Of a DNA stretch of 64,000 nt, positions 45,913 to 55,338 are shown one piece after another. Source of the DNA: Parcubacteria group bacterium (GTDB taxonomy: Bacteria > Patescibacteriota > Patescibacteriia > UBA2169); NCBI GenBank assembly GCA_016181765.1, contig JACOYR010000004.1:115937-179936 (forward strand), in the 5' to 3' direction. The notes under the pieces are model-generated. The model was given only the letters and a program-made list of their open reading frames with translations. It had not been told where the DNA came from and did not search any database. Position numbers and translations under genes: made by a program. The stretch's first letter is position 1. Each line of letters begins with the position of its first letter.

Positions 45913-46013
45913 TATACTGAATTCATAGTTGGTTAGGCAGTACTGCGTCCATGCCAGGGGCTAGCGGAACTCTTTTTAGTATACAACCTCTGGCGCGGAA
46001 AGGAAATCACACA

Positions 46014-46277
46014 ATGGAGCCATATATCGGTATCACCGGATTTACCACAAGGAAACAAACGGTGGTGATTGCCGACGGACTCTCGGCTGGTACTATTACG
46101 TTCCTTGATCCTTTGACCATGCATTCCTCTAAGTTAAGTATTGATGCCGAAAGTCGGCTGCGGACCGCAGATGATGAGCTCGATATAGAACGCTGTCGTG
46201 CGTATATAATTCAATCATTGAAATTTTTTAGCAGATTTGGTGCGGCCACTCTTATTCCACCGCAATCGGCAACGTAA
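46014..46277 (+). CDS. Hypothetical small protein (87 aa) inside the cassette
   Basis: ORF with plausible SD (aaggaaa); no motifs. Confidence 0.3.
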   Translation: MEPYIGITGFTTRKQTVVIADGLSAGTITFLDPLTMHSSKLSIDAESRLRTADDELDIERCRAYIIQSLKFFSRFGAATLIPPQSAT

Positions 46278-48432
46278 ATGTGAACATGGAGCCCTTGCCC
46301 TCGCCCTCTGATTCGGCCCAGACGCGGCCGCCGTGCGCTTCTATAATTTTTTTGGCGATGAAAAGCCCGAGGCCCGATCCGCCGGTGTGAATGCGCGTGG
46401 TTGCCTCTGCGCGCGTGAACTTCTGGAACAGCCTGTCCATTTCAATGGGGTCAATGCCCATTCCCGAATCCCGCACCTCAAACGTGATGAGCGACTTTGA
46501 GCGCGCAAGCCGCACGTTGACCCATCCGGTATCAGTGTACTTGATGGCATTGTCCACCAGGTTCATCATCACGTCGTGGATCTTGTCCCTATCAAGGCTC
46601 ATCGCGGGCAAAGGCCCATCCGGCTTCTGCACCGTAAGCTCTAATCCCTTGGTCTTTGCCTGATGCTGCAAGTCCCCAACCACCTCATCCACGATCTCCT
46701 CAAACCGGACGCTTGACTTGGTGAGTTCCAGCCTGCCCGTCTCAATGCGCGACACGTTCAAAAACACGTCAATGAGGCGCGTGAGCCGGTCCGAGGAGCG
46801 GAAAATGCGCTCCAATTCTCCGCGCTGTTCCGGAGTGAGTACTCCGTAATCGCCATCCAAAAACATGGACACATAGCCCTTGATGCCGGTGAGCGGAGTG
46901 CGCAATTGGTGCGCGGCGATGGAGAGGAACTCGGATTTTGACTGGTCCAGCTGCTTTAAGTGGGCGTTTGCAACCTGCAGTTCCGCGGTCGCATCATCCA
47001 CTTCTTTCTTGAGTTTGACCGCGAACTGCTGGGCTTCGTCGTAGAGCTTGGTGCGGCCCAAGGCGGTCGCCATCTGCGGGGCAAGCACGTCAAACGCATC
47101 AATAAGTTGCCTATCAAAAATATCTTTGGAAAGTTTTGGCCCCAATGCCACGATGGCAACCAGATTCCCCTCAACCATCACGCGCCGCGCAAGCGAAATG
47201 TCCAAGCCGTGGAGTTCATCAACAAGGAGCCCAATCCGCGCGTACTCGCCCTTGGTCGGAGCCTCGTTCTGCTCAAGCTCAACCTCTTCGGCCACGAGCA
47301 CCGGCTCGCTTGAGAGCGCGGAAACGAGCGTTGAACCGGCCGCAATGGCGCCCGTATCCCCGGCAAGCAGGGCATACCCGCCGCTCGCCTCATCCAGGAT
47401 GTAGACGCGCGCGTGGCGCACCTTGAGCCGCTCTTGAAGCATCATGGACACCGCGCGCACCAAACCCTCCTGGCTCACCTCCTCGGAAATGGACAGGCCC
47501 ATGTCGCGCAAGAGCTTCTGGTAATCCGGCTGGCCGCGGAAAAAAATGTTCGCCGTGATTGTGGCAAATAGCCGATCAAACGGGTCGTGTAAAAAGATGA
47601 CTAAGAGCGCGAGCACGCCCCCCACCAAGAGCGACTGCGTGCTGAATAGGTCCCTGCCGAACGCGCCGAACGCGAAGAGTACAATCTGCACGAACACGAA
47701 CGACGTTGCGAACGAAAACGCGTACTGCAGCAGGCGGCTCGCGACCAGCCGAATGCTCATAAGCTTGTACCGCACAATGGCAATGGCGATGAACGTAATC
47801 AAGAAGAGCGTAAACAAAGGCCCGAGCCAGATGTAGCGGTAGTCGCCGACCAAGGGCAAGATGAGGTTCGTGGTTGCGCCGCCTGCGGTGGTGATGAGCG
47901 TGCCCAAGAGCACGTACCGAATCTGCAGCTTCCGGATGCCGATGGACTCTCTGCCTTTGCGCCAGAGCAAAAAGAACGCAATGCCCATGTACATGATAAA
48001 GTACACAGTGTACACTACATACCCCCACCCAAGTATCACATCCTTGCCCCAGGGCTGGATGAACAGGGCCTCAATGTGGAGCGGGGTGAAGACCATGATG
48101 CAGATGGCGAGGAACGGAACTCCGAGGGCCGCCTCGGAGAGGCGCGAGATGGGGTTCTTGGCGTACGGGAACGCGCGCGCAAACAGCAGGAACACGTATG
48201 CGATGAATGCCGCGGAAATGTAGTAGAGCCGGGCCCAGTTGAGGGCGTGCGAGAGCGTATCCGTGCTCTCAAAAAACGCCAATCCGAGCGACCAGCCGAA
48301 GATGCCCAAGGTTACCAGGCCGAATGCTACGTTGATGCGGCTCCTCGCGAGGCGCGCGAAAATCAAAAACCCAAGGACAAGGTTGAGCCCTCCAAACACC
48401 AGCAAAACTATGTCCCTGGGGTCAAACGCCAT
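46252..48432 (-). CDS. Sensor histidine kinase with multi-TM sensor domain (7TM-like), HisKA and HATPase_c domains
   Basis: H-box (SIAAHQLRTPL), N, G1, G2 boxes (GGSGLGL); N-terminal ~7 TM helices. Confidence 0.9.
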   Translation of the reverse strand: MAFDPRDIVLLVFGGLNLVLGFLIFARLARSRINVAFGLVTLGIFGWSLGLAFFESTDTLSHALNWARLYYISAAFIAYVFLLFARAFPYAKNPISRLSEAALGVPFLAICIMVFTPLHIEALFIQPWGKDVILGWGYVVYTVYFIMYMGIAFFLLWRKGRESIGIRKLQIRYVLLGTLITTAGGATTNLILPLVGDYRYIWLGPLFTLFLITFIAIAIVRYKLMSIRLVASRLLQYAFSFATSFVFVQIVLFAFGAFGRDLFSTQSLLVGGVLALLVIFLHDPFDRLFATITANIFFRGQPDYQKLLRDMGLSISEEVSQEGLVRAVSMMLQERLKVRHARVYILDEASGGYALLAGDTGAIAAGSTLVSALSSEPVLVAEEVELEQNEAPTKGEYARIGLLVDELHGLDISLARRVMVEGNLVAIVALGPKLSKDIFDRQLIDAFDVLAPQMATALGRTKLYDEAQQFAVKLKKEVDDATAELQVANAHLKQLDQSKSEFLSIAAHQLRTPLTGIKGYVSMFLDGDYGVLTPEQRGELERIFRSSDRLTRLIDVFLNVSRIETGRLELTKSSVRFEEIVDEVVGDLQHQAKTKGLELTVQKPDGPLPAMSLDRDKIHDVMMNLVDNAIKYTDTGWVNVRLARSKSLITFEVRDSGMGIDPIEMDRLFQKFTRAEATTRIHTGGSGLGLFIAKKIIEAHGGRVWAESEGEGKGSMFTFTLPIAVE

Positions 48433-48435
48433 AGG

Positions 48436-49200
48436 CTAGGTTTTTTTTGACGAGAGCACCAGCGCCTGGTTCGCAAACGAGTATGCGGTCCGGGTGCTTG
48501 AAAATCCGGCTTCAGAAAGCAGCTCAACAAACCGCGCTTCCGGCAAAAACTGGTACTCGCCCTTTTTCCCTTTTTTTTGTATCTTGAGCGCGTACCGCAG
48601 GATCGCCGGGCCGTAGAAGAGGTTGTAGTACTTGCGCGGATCAAAAATTTCGCGCCACGAAGCCGCGAACACTCTGGCGAAGTTGACCCGGTATTTTGGC
48701 GTGCTCCACACGAACTGTCCGCCAGGCTTGAGGATGCGGCGCACTTCGCGGAAGATGGCGCGCAAAGACTCTATGCCCTTATTGCCCTCGTGCTCCTCAA
48801 TGTAGGTTAACACCAGGCTTGCGGTTACTCCATCAAACGAATTATCTGCAAACGGCAGGCGTTTTGAGAGGTTATGTTTGACTAAGGTGATGTGGTGCTC
48901 GCTCGGCGCGGGCTCAAGCGCGGGAAGGCGCTTGCGGAGATGCTCAAGCATTACGTCCGTGAGGTCCAGAGCCACAATCTCTTTAACGCGGCCACCTGAC
49001 TTATTCCAAATGAGGTCAACTAAGGCACCGGAGCCGGTTCCCAAATCAAGCCACCGCTCCCCAGGTTTCGGGTCTATGTATTCTGCTATCTGTTTGAGCA
49101 GTTTTTTGTACGGAGTTGCATCCTCAAGGTACGGATAGATTGACCCATACTTGGGCCCCCAAAACTGTTCGTCTGTGGTGAGATGTTGTTGTGTAGCCAT
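48436..49200 (-). CDS. Class I SAM-dependent methyltransferase
   Basis: Motif I LDLGTGSGALV. Confidence 0.8.
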   Translation of the reverse strand: MATQQHLTTDEQFWGPKYGSIYPYLEDATPYKKLLKQIAEYIDPKPGERWLDLGTGSGALVDLIWNKSGGRVKEIVALDLTDVMLEHLRKRLPALEPAPSEHHITLVKHNLSKRLPFADNSFDGVTASLVLTYIEEHEGNKGIESLRAIFREVRRILKPGGQFVWSTPKYRVNFARVFAASWREIFDPRKYYNLFYGPAILRYALKIQKKGKKGEYQFLPEARFVELLSEAGFSSTRTAYSFANQALVLSSKKT

Positions 49201-49304
49201 GCGTTGATTATACTAAAAATACCTCTTTTGGGCAAAATAAAACGCCCGCCTCCCCAGGTGAGAAGCGAGCGGCCTCGATAGATAGATAGAAGCATCCTCA
49301 TCGG

Positions 49305-49991
49305 TCAAGCGAGCAATTGCGCGTCAAGGCGCCTGGCTTCCTTCTTGAAAAATGCCTTGATGGTTTTCCAGTTTGCATCAAAGTAGGTCTCTGGCATGGG
49401 GTCATTCTCCGCATCATCAAAGTACGCAAGGCTCTTGATGAAGTGCGGAACGTTGTGCTCCTGATCGGGATACTGGTTCGGGACGCGCTTGAGAACGCCA
49501 ATGAGCGGCTCCCGATGCTTCGCGTACCAGTACAAATCAACAAAATCCCGCTTGCGGCCGCGCTGGGAAAGGGCAATGATTTTCATGACCGCAATGTCTT
49601 CCGGAACCAGCATGCGCACGTTGCCGCATGCGACGAGCCGAGGCGACGGGCGGAAAAAGGGATAGGCGATAAAACTCATTTTCACGCCTTTCAGCGTTCC
49701 GTAGAGCGTTCCGTTTTCCTGGTACGTAGTTTTCCACTGTTCAGTTGCGACAAGCGACCGCTCCAGCAAGGCTTTATTGAACTCGGCGTACGGGATGAAG
49801 AAATCAAGATCAACGGATTTCCGGTGCCCGACCTGCAGCGCGAGCGCGGTGCCGCCAGCGAGGTACCAGTCTGTGTTTTTGAGCAGCGGCAACTCGGCGA
49901 GGTACAAAAATGCCCGCCCGGTTGCGCGGGGGAGCGCATCAAGATGCAAATCATCGGGATTGGCTTTTTCTACCGAAAGACGAGCGACCAT
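49305..49991 (-). CDS. AbiEii/DUF1814-family nucleotidyltransferase (type IV TA toxin-like), copy 1
   Basis: YLAGGTALALQVGHRKSVDLDFF motif. Confidence 0.65.
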   Translation of the reverse strand: MVARLSVEKANPDDLHLDALPRATGRAFLYLAELPLLKNTDWYLAGGTALALQVGHRKSVDLDFFIPYAEFNKALLERSLVATEQWKTTYQENGTLYGTLKGVKMSFIAYPFFRPSPRLVACGNVRMLVPEDIAVMKIIALSQRGRKRDFVDLYWYAKHREPLIGVLKRVPNQYPDQEHNVPHFIKSLAYFDDAENDPMPETYFDANWKTIKAFFKKEARRLDAQLLA

Positions 49992-50248
49992 AGTGATCGT
50001 GATTTATCGTGAAGCACACGCGATTTTTTAACAACCTTACTGATTCGCCTTGGCGTGTAGTATCGCCGCATCCATTTGACTTCGTTTGTCCTGCCAAAAT
50101 CCAAAATCCGCTCAATGATGTAGGTTGAGTGCTTCTTGGGATCAATCTTTTTGGGGTCAACGTCCCAGAACAAAGACTGCCTGAATGCGATGACCGGCTT
50201 TTGGCGTTTCGCCTTGCTGGTTTTCTTTTTTATAACCGGCATATACAT
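49970..50248 (-). CDS. Small basic protein (92 aa), probable partner/antitoxin-like of AbiEii copy 1
   Basis: Overlaps downstream AbiEii start by 22 nt. Confidence 0.35.
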   Translation of the reverse strand: MYMPVIKKKTSKAKRQKPVIAFRQSLFWDVDPKKIDPKKHSTYIIERILDFGRTNEVKWMRRYYTPRRISKVVKKSRVLHDKSRSLWSLVFR

Positions 50249-50320
50249 TCAGTATAACACAAAATAGAGCTCTCTGCAAAGGTTTTCAAGGGAATGGCGC
50301 TGTGCTCCATCCTTAGGCTG

Positions 50321-51016
50321 TTACTTATCGCTCTCAAGACGCGCCTTTAGCAAAAAAATGGTTTCCGAGCGGAGTTTTGCCCGGGCCCAGTCTTTCTGGC
50401 TCTCAGTCAAAAATTCGCCGAGGCCGTCCAAGATGCTCCGATTGTTCATGCGCTCCAAGAGCTCAATGCACTTCTGCGCCGTTTCCGCGTACGGCATGCC
50501 TGCTCTCTTTTCCACGATCTTTCTGTTAATCGGCCAGTTGTTTTTTGCAAAAAAATACACGTCAAAAACATCCCGGCTCGTTTTGCCGAGGCGCTCGTAC
50601 AAAGCCATGAGCTTATTGGCAAACATATCTTCGGCAACCTGCACCAGCATGGAGATGCCGAGCAGCGTTTTGAGTTCATAACGGGAACCGAATGTCCTGC
50701 GGTTGACCTCAATCTTTATGTTTTGGGCCCTGGCATCGTAGGAAAGAATGATGATTGCGCTGTAGCGCTTGAGCCGCGACTCCCGTATGTCGCCGTAGCC
50801 GCGGGCAATCGTTTCCAGTTTCTCAAATACTTCTTTTTCTTTGCGTTCGTCCAAGAGATCAAAATCAAGATCAACCGAATAACGGTTCAAATGGTAAAAC
50901 AGGAGCGCCGCGGTTCCGCCTTTAAAGCCGAGGTGCGGGGCAATGGCTGTGTCAGTGTATATGTCCTTGAGCATCCGGAGCTGTATGTTTTTGTGTTTTG
51001 AATAATCAAATGCCAT
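50321..51016 (-). CDS. AbiEii/DUF1814-family nucleotidyltransferase, copy 2
   Basis: GFKGGTAALLFYHLNRYSVDLDFD motif. Confidence 0.7.
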   Translation of the reverse strand: MAFDYSKHKNIQLRMLKDIYTDTAIAPHLGFKGGTAALLFYHLNRYSVDLDFDLLDERKEKEVFEKLETIARGYGDIRESRLKRYSAIIILSYDARAQNIKIEVNRRTFGSRYELKTLLGISMLVQVAEDMFANKLMALYERLGKTSRDVFDVYFFAKNNWPINRKIVEKRAGMPYAETAQKCIELLERMNNRSILDGLGEFLTESQKDWARAKLRSETIFLLKARLESDK

Positions 51017-51019
51017 AGG

Positions 51020-51616
51020 TTATGCGGCGCTCTTGCAGTGTTTGAAATATTCGGCAACCTTCTTTGCCATGCTCTTGTTGTTGTAGATGGGCAAAATCTC
51101 AAAAACCCTATCCCAGTCCAAGGGATCCAAATGATCAAAGTGGTACTCTTTGCTTGCATACACCCGGTCTAAAAATGCCCTCTCTTTTTCGGCAATGGCG
51201 TAGCCTGCGGCATGGTCAATGCCGATGGTATTGGACAGCACATAATCTTTCATCCGTATGAATGCGATTTTTTGATCACCCACGCGTATCTCTCTTGAAA
51301 CGTATGACGCGACAAAAATAGTATCGTAATACTGGAACGTAATGCCGACGCGAGCCAAAACAGTCTCAAAGCTGACATACGAGGGCGTGTAGATCCTTGT
51401 CGCCAGTTCAAATGCGTCATACTTTTTATCTTTGGCATACAAGCCGCGGCGCACCCTAACCAGTTTTCCTGCCGCAACGTATTTATTCAACCGCGCGCTG
51501 ATGGCGCTCTCTTTTTCCTCGCCCCACAACAAAGCGGCATCTTTGGTGGAAAAGACGGTCCTGGGTGATCTTAACAAAATCCCCAAGTATTCCCCTTTTT
51601 TAGGTTTTTTATCCAT
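51020..51616 (-). CDS. AbiEi-family antitoxin/transcriptional regulator (wHTH)
   Basis: N-terminal AbiEi_4-like LVRVRRGLYA motif; 4-nt gap to AbiEii. Confidence 0.65.
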   Translation of the reverse strand: MDKKPKKGEYLGILLRSPRTVFSTKDAALLWGEEKESAISARLNKYVAAGKLVRVRRGLYAKDKKYDAFELATRIYTPSYVSFETVLARVGITFQYYDTIFVASYVSREIRVGDQKIAFIRMKDYVLSNTIGIDHAAGYAIAEKERAFLDRVYASKEYHFDHLDPLDWDRVFEILPIYNNKSMAKKVAEYFKHCKSAA

Positions 51617-51714
51617 TTTTGTACTGGAAATTACCTTAAAAGTAATTTACAGTTCATATAGTAACATAAATCAATATCAAAAGCAAGTGTGCCGCATCTA
51701 AAATTCAAGAAAAA

Positions 51715-53316
51715 TCAAAACAAGGTTCCGGCTTTGGCCGACCCTCCTGCTTCGGCATGCGCCCAGGCCGCGAGGAAGCGGTTCAAAAATTCCTGGGACC
51801 CGTCCCGGTCTTCCAAAAACTGCGAGAGCACCAGGGCTACGGAAATGACGATGTGGTACTCCTCCATGCCGCGCTGTTTGGCTTTTGCCCAGGCCGGGTG
51901 CAGGGTGTTGACGGTAAGCACATCATCAATGATGCGGCCCAACGCCATGTCCGGAGCATCCACCATGTCCGCCAGCTCAATGGCAAGTCCGCTGGTCCTG
52001 GCGCGGATTTCGCGCTTTTTGGCTGCATCCGCAACGCCAAAAGGCGGCCTGCTTTTCCCTGCATCCTGGCCGGAAGCGCCGTGGCGGCCGCCTGCTTTTT
52101 CCTCTGAAGCGCCCGATTGTTCTTCCTCTCCTAGCACAGCTTTCTTGGACGCGGCTTGGGGCTTCTCTTTTCTGCCAAGCGTTTTTGCGCGCCCGGCGCC
52201 GATGAGGCCTTCCAACTCCGGGAAATCGCCAAGCAAGCCATCTAGCGCGCCGCTGATGACGCGCCGGAGCGGCCTGACCAGCTGTTCCGGAGACGCGGAT
52301 GCGGACGGCGCGCGCTCCCCCAGGCGCTCCAGAATCAGCACCACTGCCTCTTGCACGGCCTTGCGGAATTTGTAGTATTTTTTTAAGGACCCGGAATCAG
52401 TCAAAAAATCATTCTTGTTGGTGGTAAGAATTTCCGACAGCCCGGGAATCTCCACGACCCCGGAAAGGCTGTCCGCGTGGCTGGGAATGATCCCCAGCCA
52501 CTCCCAGCCGCCCTTGATGATTTTGCCGAACGTGGAAACGTACAGCCCGGCCGGCAGGGACGTGGCAATGATTTTTTTGCCCAAAAAATTCTCCAGCCAA
52601 TTTCCCTGCATGTCGGTTTTGGCCAGAAACCCGATGCCGGCCGGACGCCGGGTTTTGCCAACGCTCACCTTGAACCAGTGCTGAAGCGCGTCCTGCCCGG
52701 ACTCCGGCAGTTCAATCTTTTTTCCGTTGATAAAAAAATAAATAGGCTTTTTGTAGAAATAACGCAGGAACTCGGCGTGCATGGTCTGGTTCAGCAGAGG
52801 ATAAAAATGCCTGATAACGGTGCGCCGCACAAAATCCGGCTTGAGAAGATGCGACTGGCTGTCGCTGAAATGCATGCTGACCGAAGTGCCGCGGGGTCCG
52901 GAAACAGCGCCCGAAAAAGACACGAATTTCCACGGCGCCCGGTACGCATTTGACAGGCGCCACTCGGTTGCGCACCGCGAACCATACCCGCCCTTGCTCT
53001 CGGTAACCACCCGCTCGGCCAAAAGCAAGGAGAGCTTTGCTCCCACGCCGGCGAATCCGATGCCCGCGCCCCGGCGCTTGGCCGTGGACGCGATATTGTG
53101 GTACTCCCGCAGAACAGAACGCTTCATGCCTTGGCCGTCGTCCGCGCACCGCAGAACTTTGCTGTCGGCGTCAACCGAAAAATGAATGGAGCTGGCCTTG
53201 CTGTCCAGCGCGTTTGCGATAAGCTCGGTTACAATAACCTCTTCCAGGGACGAAGCGTACGCGTCCCGGATATCCTCCAGAAGGTGTTTTAGATTGACGC
53301 GGGTTTCGTTGGGCAT
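51715..53316 (-). CDS. Standalone GHKL-family ATPase (HATPase_c_3 / MORC-like Bergerat fold) with long C-terminal region
   Basis: Bergerat motifs ELIANALD (N box), DDGQGM (G1), GFAGVGAK (G2); no kinase H-box. Confidence 0.6.
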   Translation of the reverse strand: MPNETRVNLKHLLEDIRDAYASSLEEVIVTELIANALDSKASSIHFSVDADSKVLRCADDGQGMKRSVLREYHNIASTAKRRGAGIGFAGVGAKLSLLLAERVVTESKGGYGSRCATEWRLSNAYRAPWKFVSFSGAVSGPRGTSVSMHFSDSQSHLLKPDFVRRTVIRHFYPLLNQTMHAEFLRYFYKKPIYFFINGKKIELPESGQDALQHWFKVSVGKTRRPAGIGFLAKTDMQGNWLENFLGKKIIATSLPAGLYVSTFGKIIKGGWEWLGIIPSHADSLSGVVEIPGLSEILTTNKNDFLTDSGSLKKYYKFRKAVQEAVVLILERLGERAPSASASPEQLVRPLRRVISGALDGLLGDFPELEGLIGAGRAKTLGRKEKPQAASKKAVLGEEEQSGASEEKAGGRHGASGQDAGKSRPPFGVADAAKKREIRARTSGLAIELADMVDAPDMALGRIIDDVLTVNTLHPAWAKAKQRGMEEYHIVISVALVLSQFLEDRDGSQEFLNRFLAAWAHAEAGGSAKAGTLF

Positions 53317-53334
53317 ACGGCGCGCGGTCCCAAT

Positions 53335-53763
53335 TCAAGAGAGGTGCGTAAGAATCTGCTTCTGAAATTCCTCCAGTTCCCCTATCCGGGTGGTGAGAAT
53401 CTCGTACACCTTTTTCCGGTCAATCGTGCCGTACTCGTGCACCAGAATATTGCGCAGACCCACCATCTTCGTAAGCGCATCCGCCAGAGATTCAGAAATA
53501 ATGCCCTGGCCGCGCAAAAGCGAGACAGCCTCGTAGTTGTCATCCGGGCGCTGTATGCCTTGGTCAATAATCACCAGATGCGCGCTGTCAATGATTGATT
53601 GCGCCGAGAGCTGGAGGTAGCGCTCCGCGTTTCCGAACAAATGAAAATCAGCAAGAAACTGCGCCTCGCTTTTTGCTTCTGACCGGAGCGTCTTGAGGTA
53701 TGATATGTACTCCTTTAAACGTTCCAGTTTTTCAAAAATTTTCTGCCTGCCGAGCTTGGTCAT
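53335..53763 (-). CDS. hepT: HepT-family RNase toxin (DUF86) of type VII TA system
   Basis: RX4HXY motif (LRNILVHEY). Confidence 0.8.
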   Translation of the reverse strand: MTKLGRQKIFEKLERLKEYISYLKTLRSEAKSEAQFLADFHLFGNAERYLQLSAQSIIDSAHLVIIDQGIQRPDDNYEAVSLLRGQGIISESLADALTKMVGLRNILVHEYGTIDRKKVYEILTTRIGELEEFQKQILTHLS

Positions 53764-54170
53764 ACGGATTGCGCCAGGCGGGCGCGGTACTGCGCAAGCA
53801 CCGGCTGGTAATCAAAGTACTCGTTGAGCGCCTTTAATTCAAAATCAATCCGCGCTTCCCGGGACCCCTCAAACGCCACAATACCCTCCCGCATTGCCAC
53901 GTACCGCAAAAACGGCGCAGCCGTATTGAGCACCACCACGTCGGCCTCGCTCCCCAGGGAGCGGGTGAACTGCTCAAGAAGCTCCAGACGGATGTCAAAA
54001 AAACGCGCGCGGAACGCAGGGTCCAGGTACACGGCTAGGTCAACATCACTTCCTTTGCGGCTGCCGCCGGTTGCGGCAGAGCCGAACACATAGCCGAATA
54101 AAACGTCTTTTCGGGCGGCCAGCACCCGTGCCGCGGCATCGGTTATTGTTGCGATATCGCTCTGTTCCAT
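53760..54170 (-). CDS. mntA: MntA-family minimal nucleotidyltransferase antitoxin
   Basis: GSAATGGSRKGSDVDLAV (GSx10DxD) motif; 4-nt overlap with hepT. Confidence 0.8.
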   Translation of the reverse strand: MEQSDIATITDAAARVLAARKDVLFGYVFGSAATGGSRKGSDVDLAVYLDPAFRARFFDIRLELLEQFTRSLGSEADVVVLNTAAPFLRYVAMREGIVAFEGSREARIDFELKALNEYFDYQPVLAQYRARLAQSV

Positions 54171-54258
54171 AGGCTTTCATCATAACATATAAAATAAGCC
54201 CGCTCAAGGTTCTGAACGGGCTTTGTCAACGGGGAATAGAAATGTCACCTTTTGCGGG

Positions 54259-55056
54259 CTATGTGCGGCGCGGTTTCCAGGCCGGGAATGTTGTGCCGAT
54301 TTGCTTGCCCCGCAGAATAGGCATAATCACCTCTTTGCCGGGGCGCGCGATATGCGCGGTGATGCCCGCTTTCTGCAGGCGGTCCGCAACCTTAAGTTTT
54401 GAACTCATGCCGGTCGGGCGGGCGGACGCATGGTCGCGCACCATACTCCAAACGGCTTTGGTAACGCGCGGGATAACCGGAATCGGGTCGCCCAGCGGCT
54501 TGCCCGAGGGACTCATTTCGCACACGCCGGGCACGTCCGTGAACAGAAACACGCGTTTGGCCTTCATTGCCCGGGCAACGCGGCACGCGAGCTGGTCATT
54601 GTCGCCTTTCTCGTTAATGTATGCCTTCATCTCCTCCGCGGAACGGGTATCGTCTTCGTTGATGATGGGCACGCCGCCGCACCTCGCGAACCGCTCCAAG
54701 AATGCAATGGACTCTGCGGCGGTTGACCCCCTTCCGAAATCCGCGTGCGTGCGCAACACCTGTCCCGCAAAAATTCCGCGCCTGGCGAATGCTTCAATCC
54801 ATGCCTGCACAATGGTCGGCTGGCCGACAGATGCCGCCATTTGCTTGCGCCAAACCTCGCCTCCCGCAGGTACCAAGTGCGCCTCGGCGCGCATGCCCGC
54901 GAGTGTGGCGCCGGACGTGATAATAATCACCCGGTACCCGAGCGCGTGCGCGTGCGCGACCTCATCCACGATCCAGCCAATCACCTTGCGGCGCACGGTA
55001 CCGGCCGGAAAAACCAGCGCATTGGAACCAATTTTGATTATGATGAGCTTGCGCAT
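54259..55056 (-). CDS. proB: Glutamate 5-kinase (ProB, no PUA domain)
   Basis: AAK-family motifs LIIIKIGSNAL, GDNDQLA, TGMSSKL. Confidence 0.75.
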   Translation of the reverse strand: MRKLIIIKIGSNALVFPAGTVRRKVIGWIVDEVAHAHALGYRVIIITSGATLAGMRAEAHLVPAGGEVWRKQMAASVGQPTIVQAWIEAFARRGIFAGQVLRTHADFGRGSTAAESIAFLERFARCGGVPIINEDDTRSAEEMKAYINEKGDNDQLACRVARAMKAKRVFLFTDVPGVCEMSPSGKPLGDPIPVIPRVTKAVWSMVRDHASARPTGMSSKLKVADRLQKAGITAHIARPGKEVIMPILRGKQIGTTFPAWKPRRT

Positions 55057-55338
55057 CACTTTTGCCTCCCTTGCGTATGAATGAACGATTCCGCACATAC
55101 CAAAAAACCAGCCCGGAAGCTGGTTTGCAAGGTAGTGCGTGGGTTACGAAATACAAATTATGCCAACTTCCGGTCGGGTTGTTTCGGCTGCGGCGGGGTT
55201 GTGATAATCGTGTATTCCATAGGTGGTGGAAGTATAGCAGTAAAGAGGTTATGCTGCAAGTAGAAACCACATAATTAATTAGCCTTGCTTTTTTACATGG
55301 AAGCGGTACTCTATAATAGAATATACCTCAATACCTAT

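Noticed and set aside
49201-49304. Short tandem (GATA)3 and partial hairpin between the SAM-MTase and AbiEii genes
   Set aside because: It is too short and too low in complexity to interpret. It is likely just the island boundary or spacer sequence.
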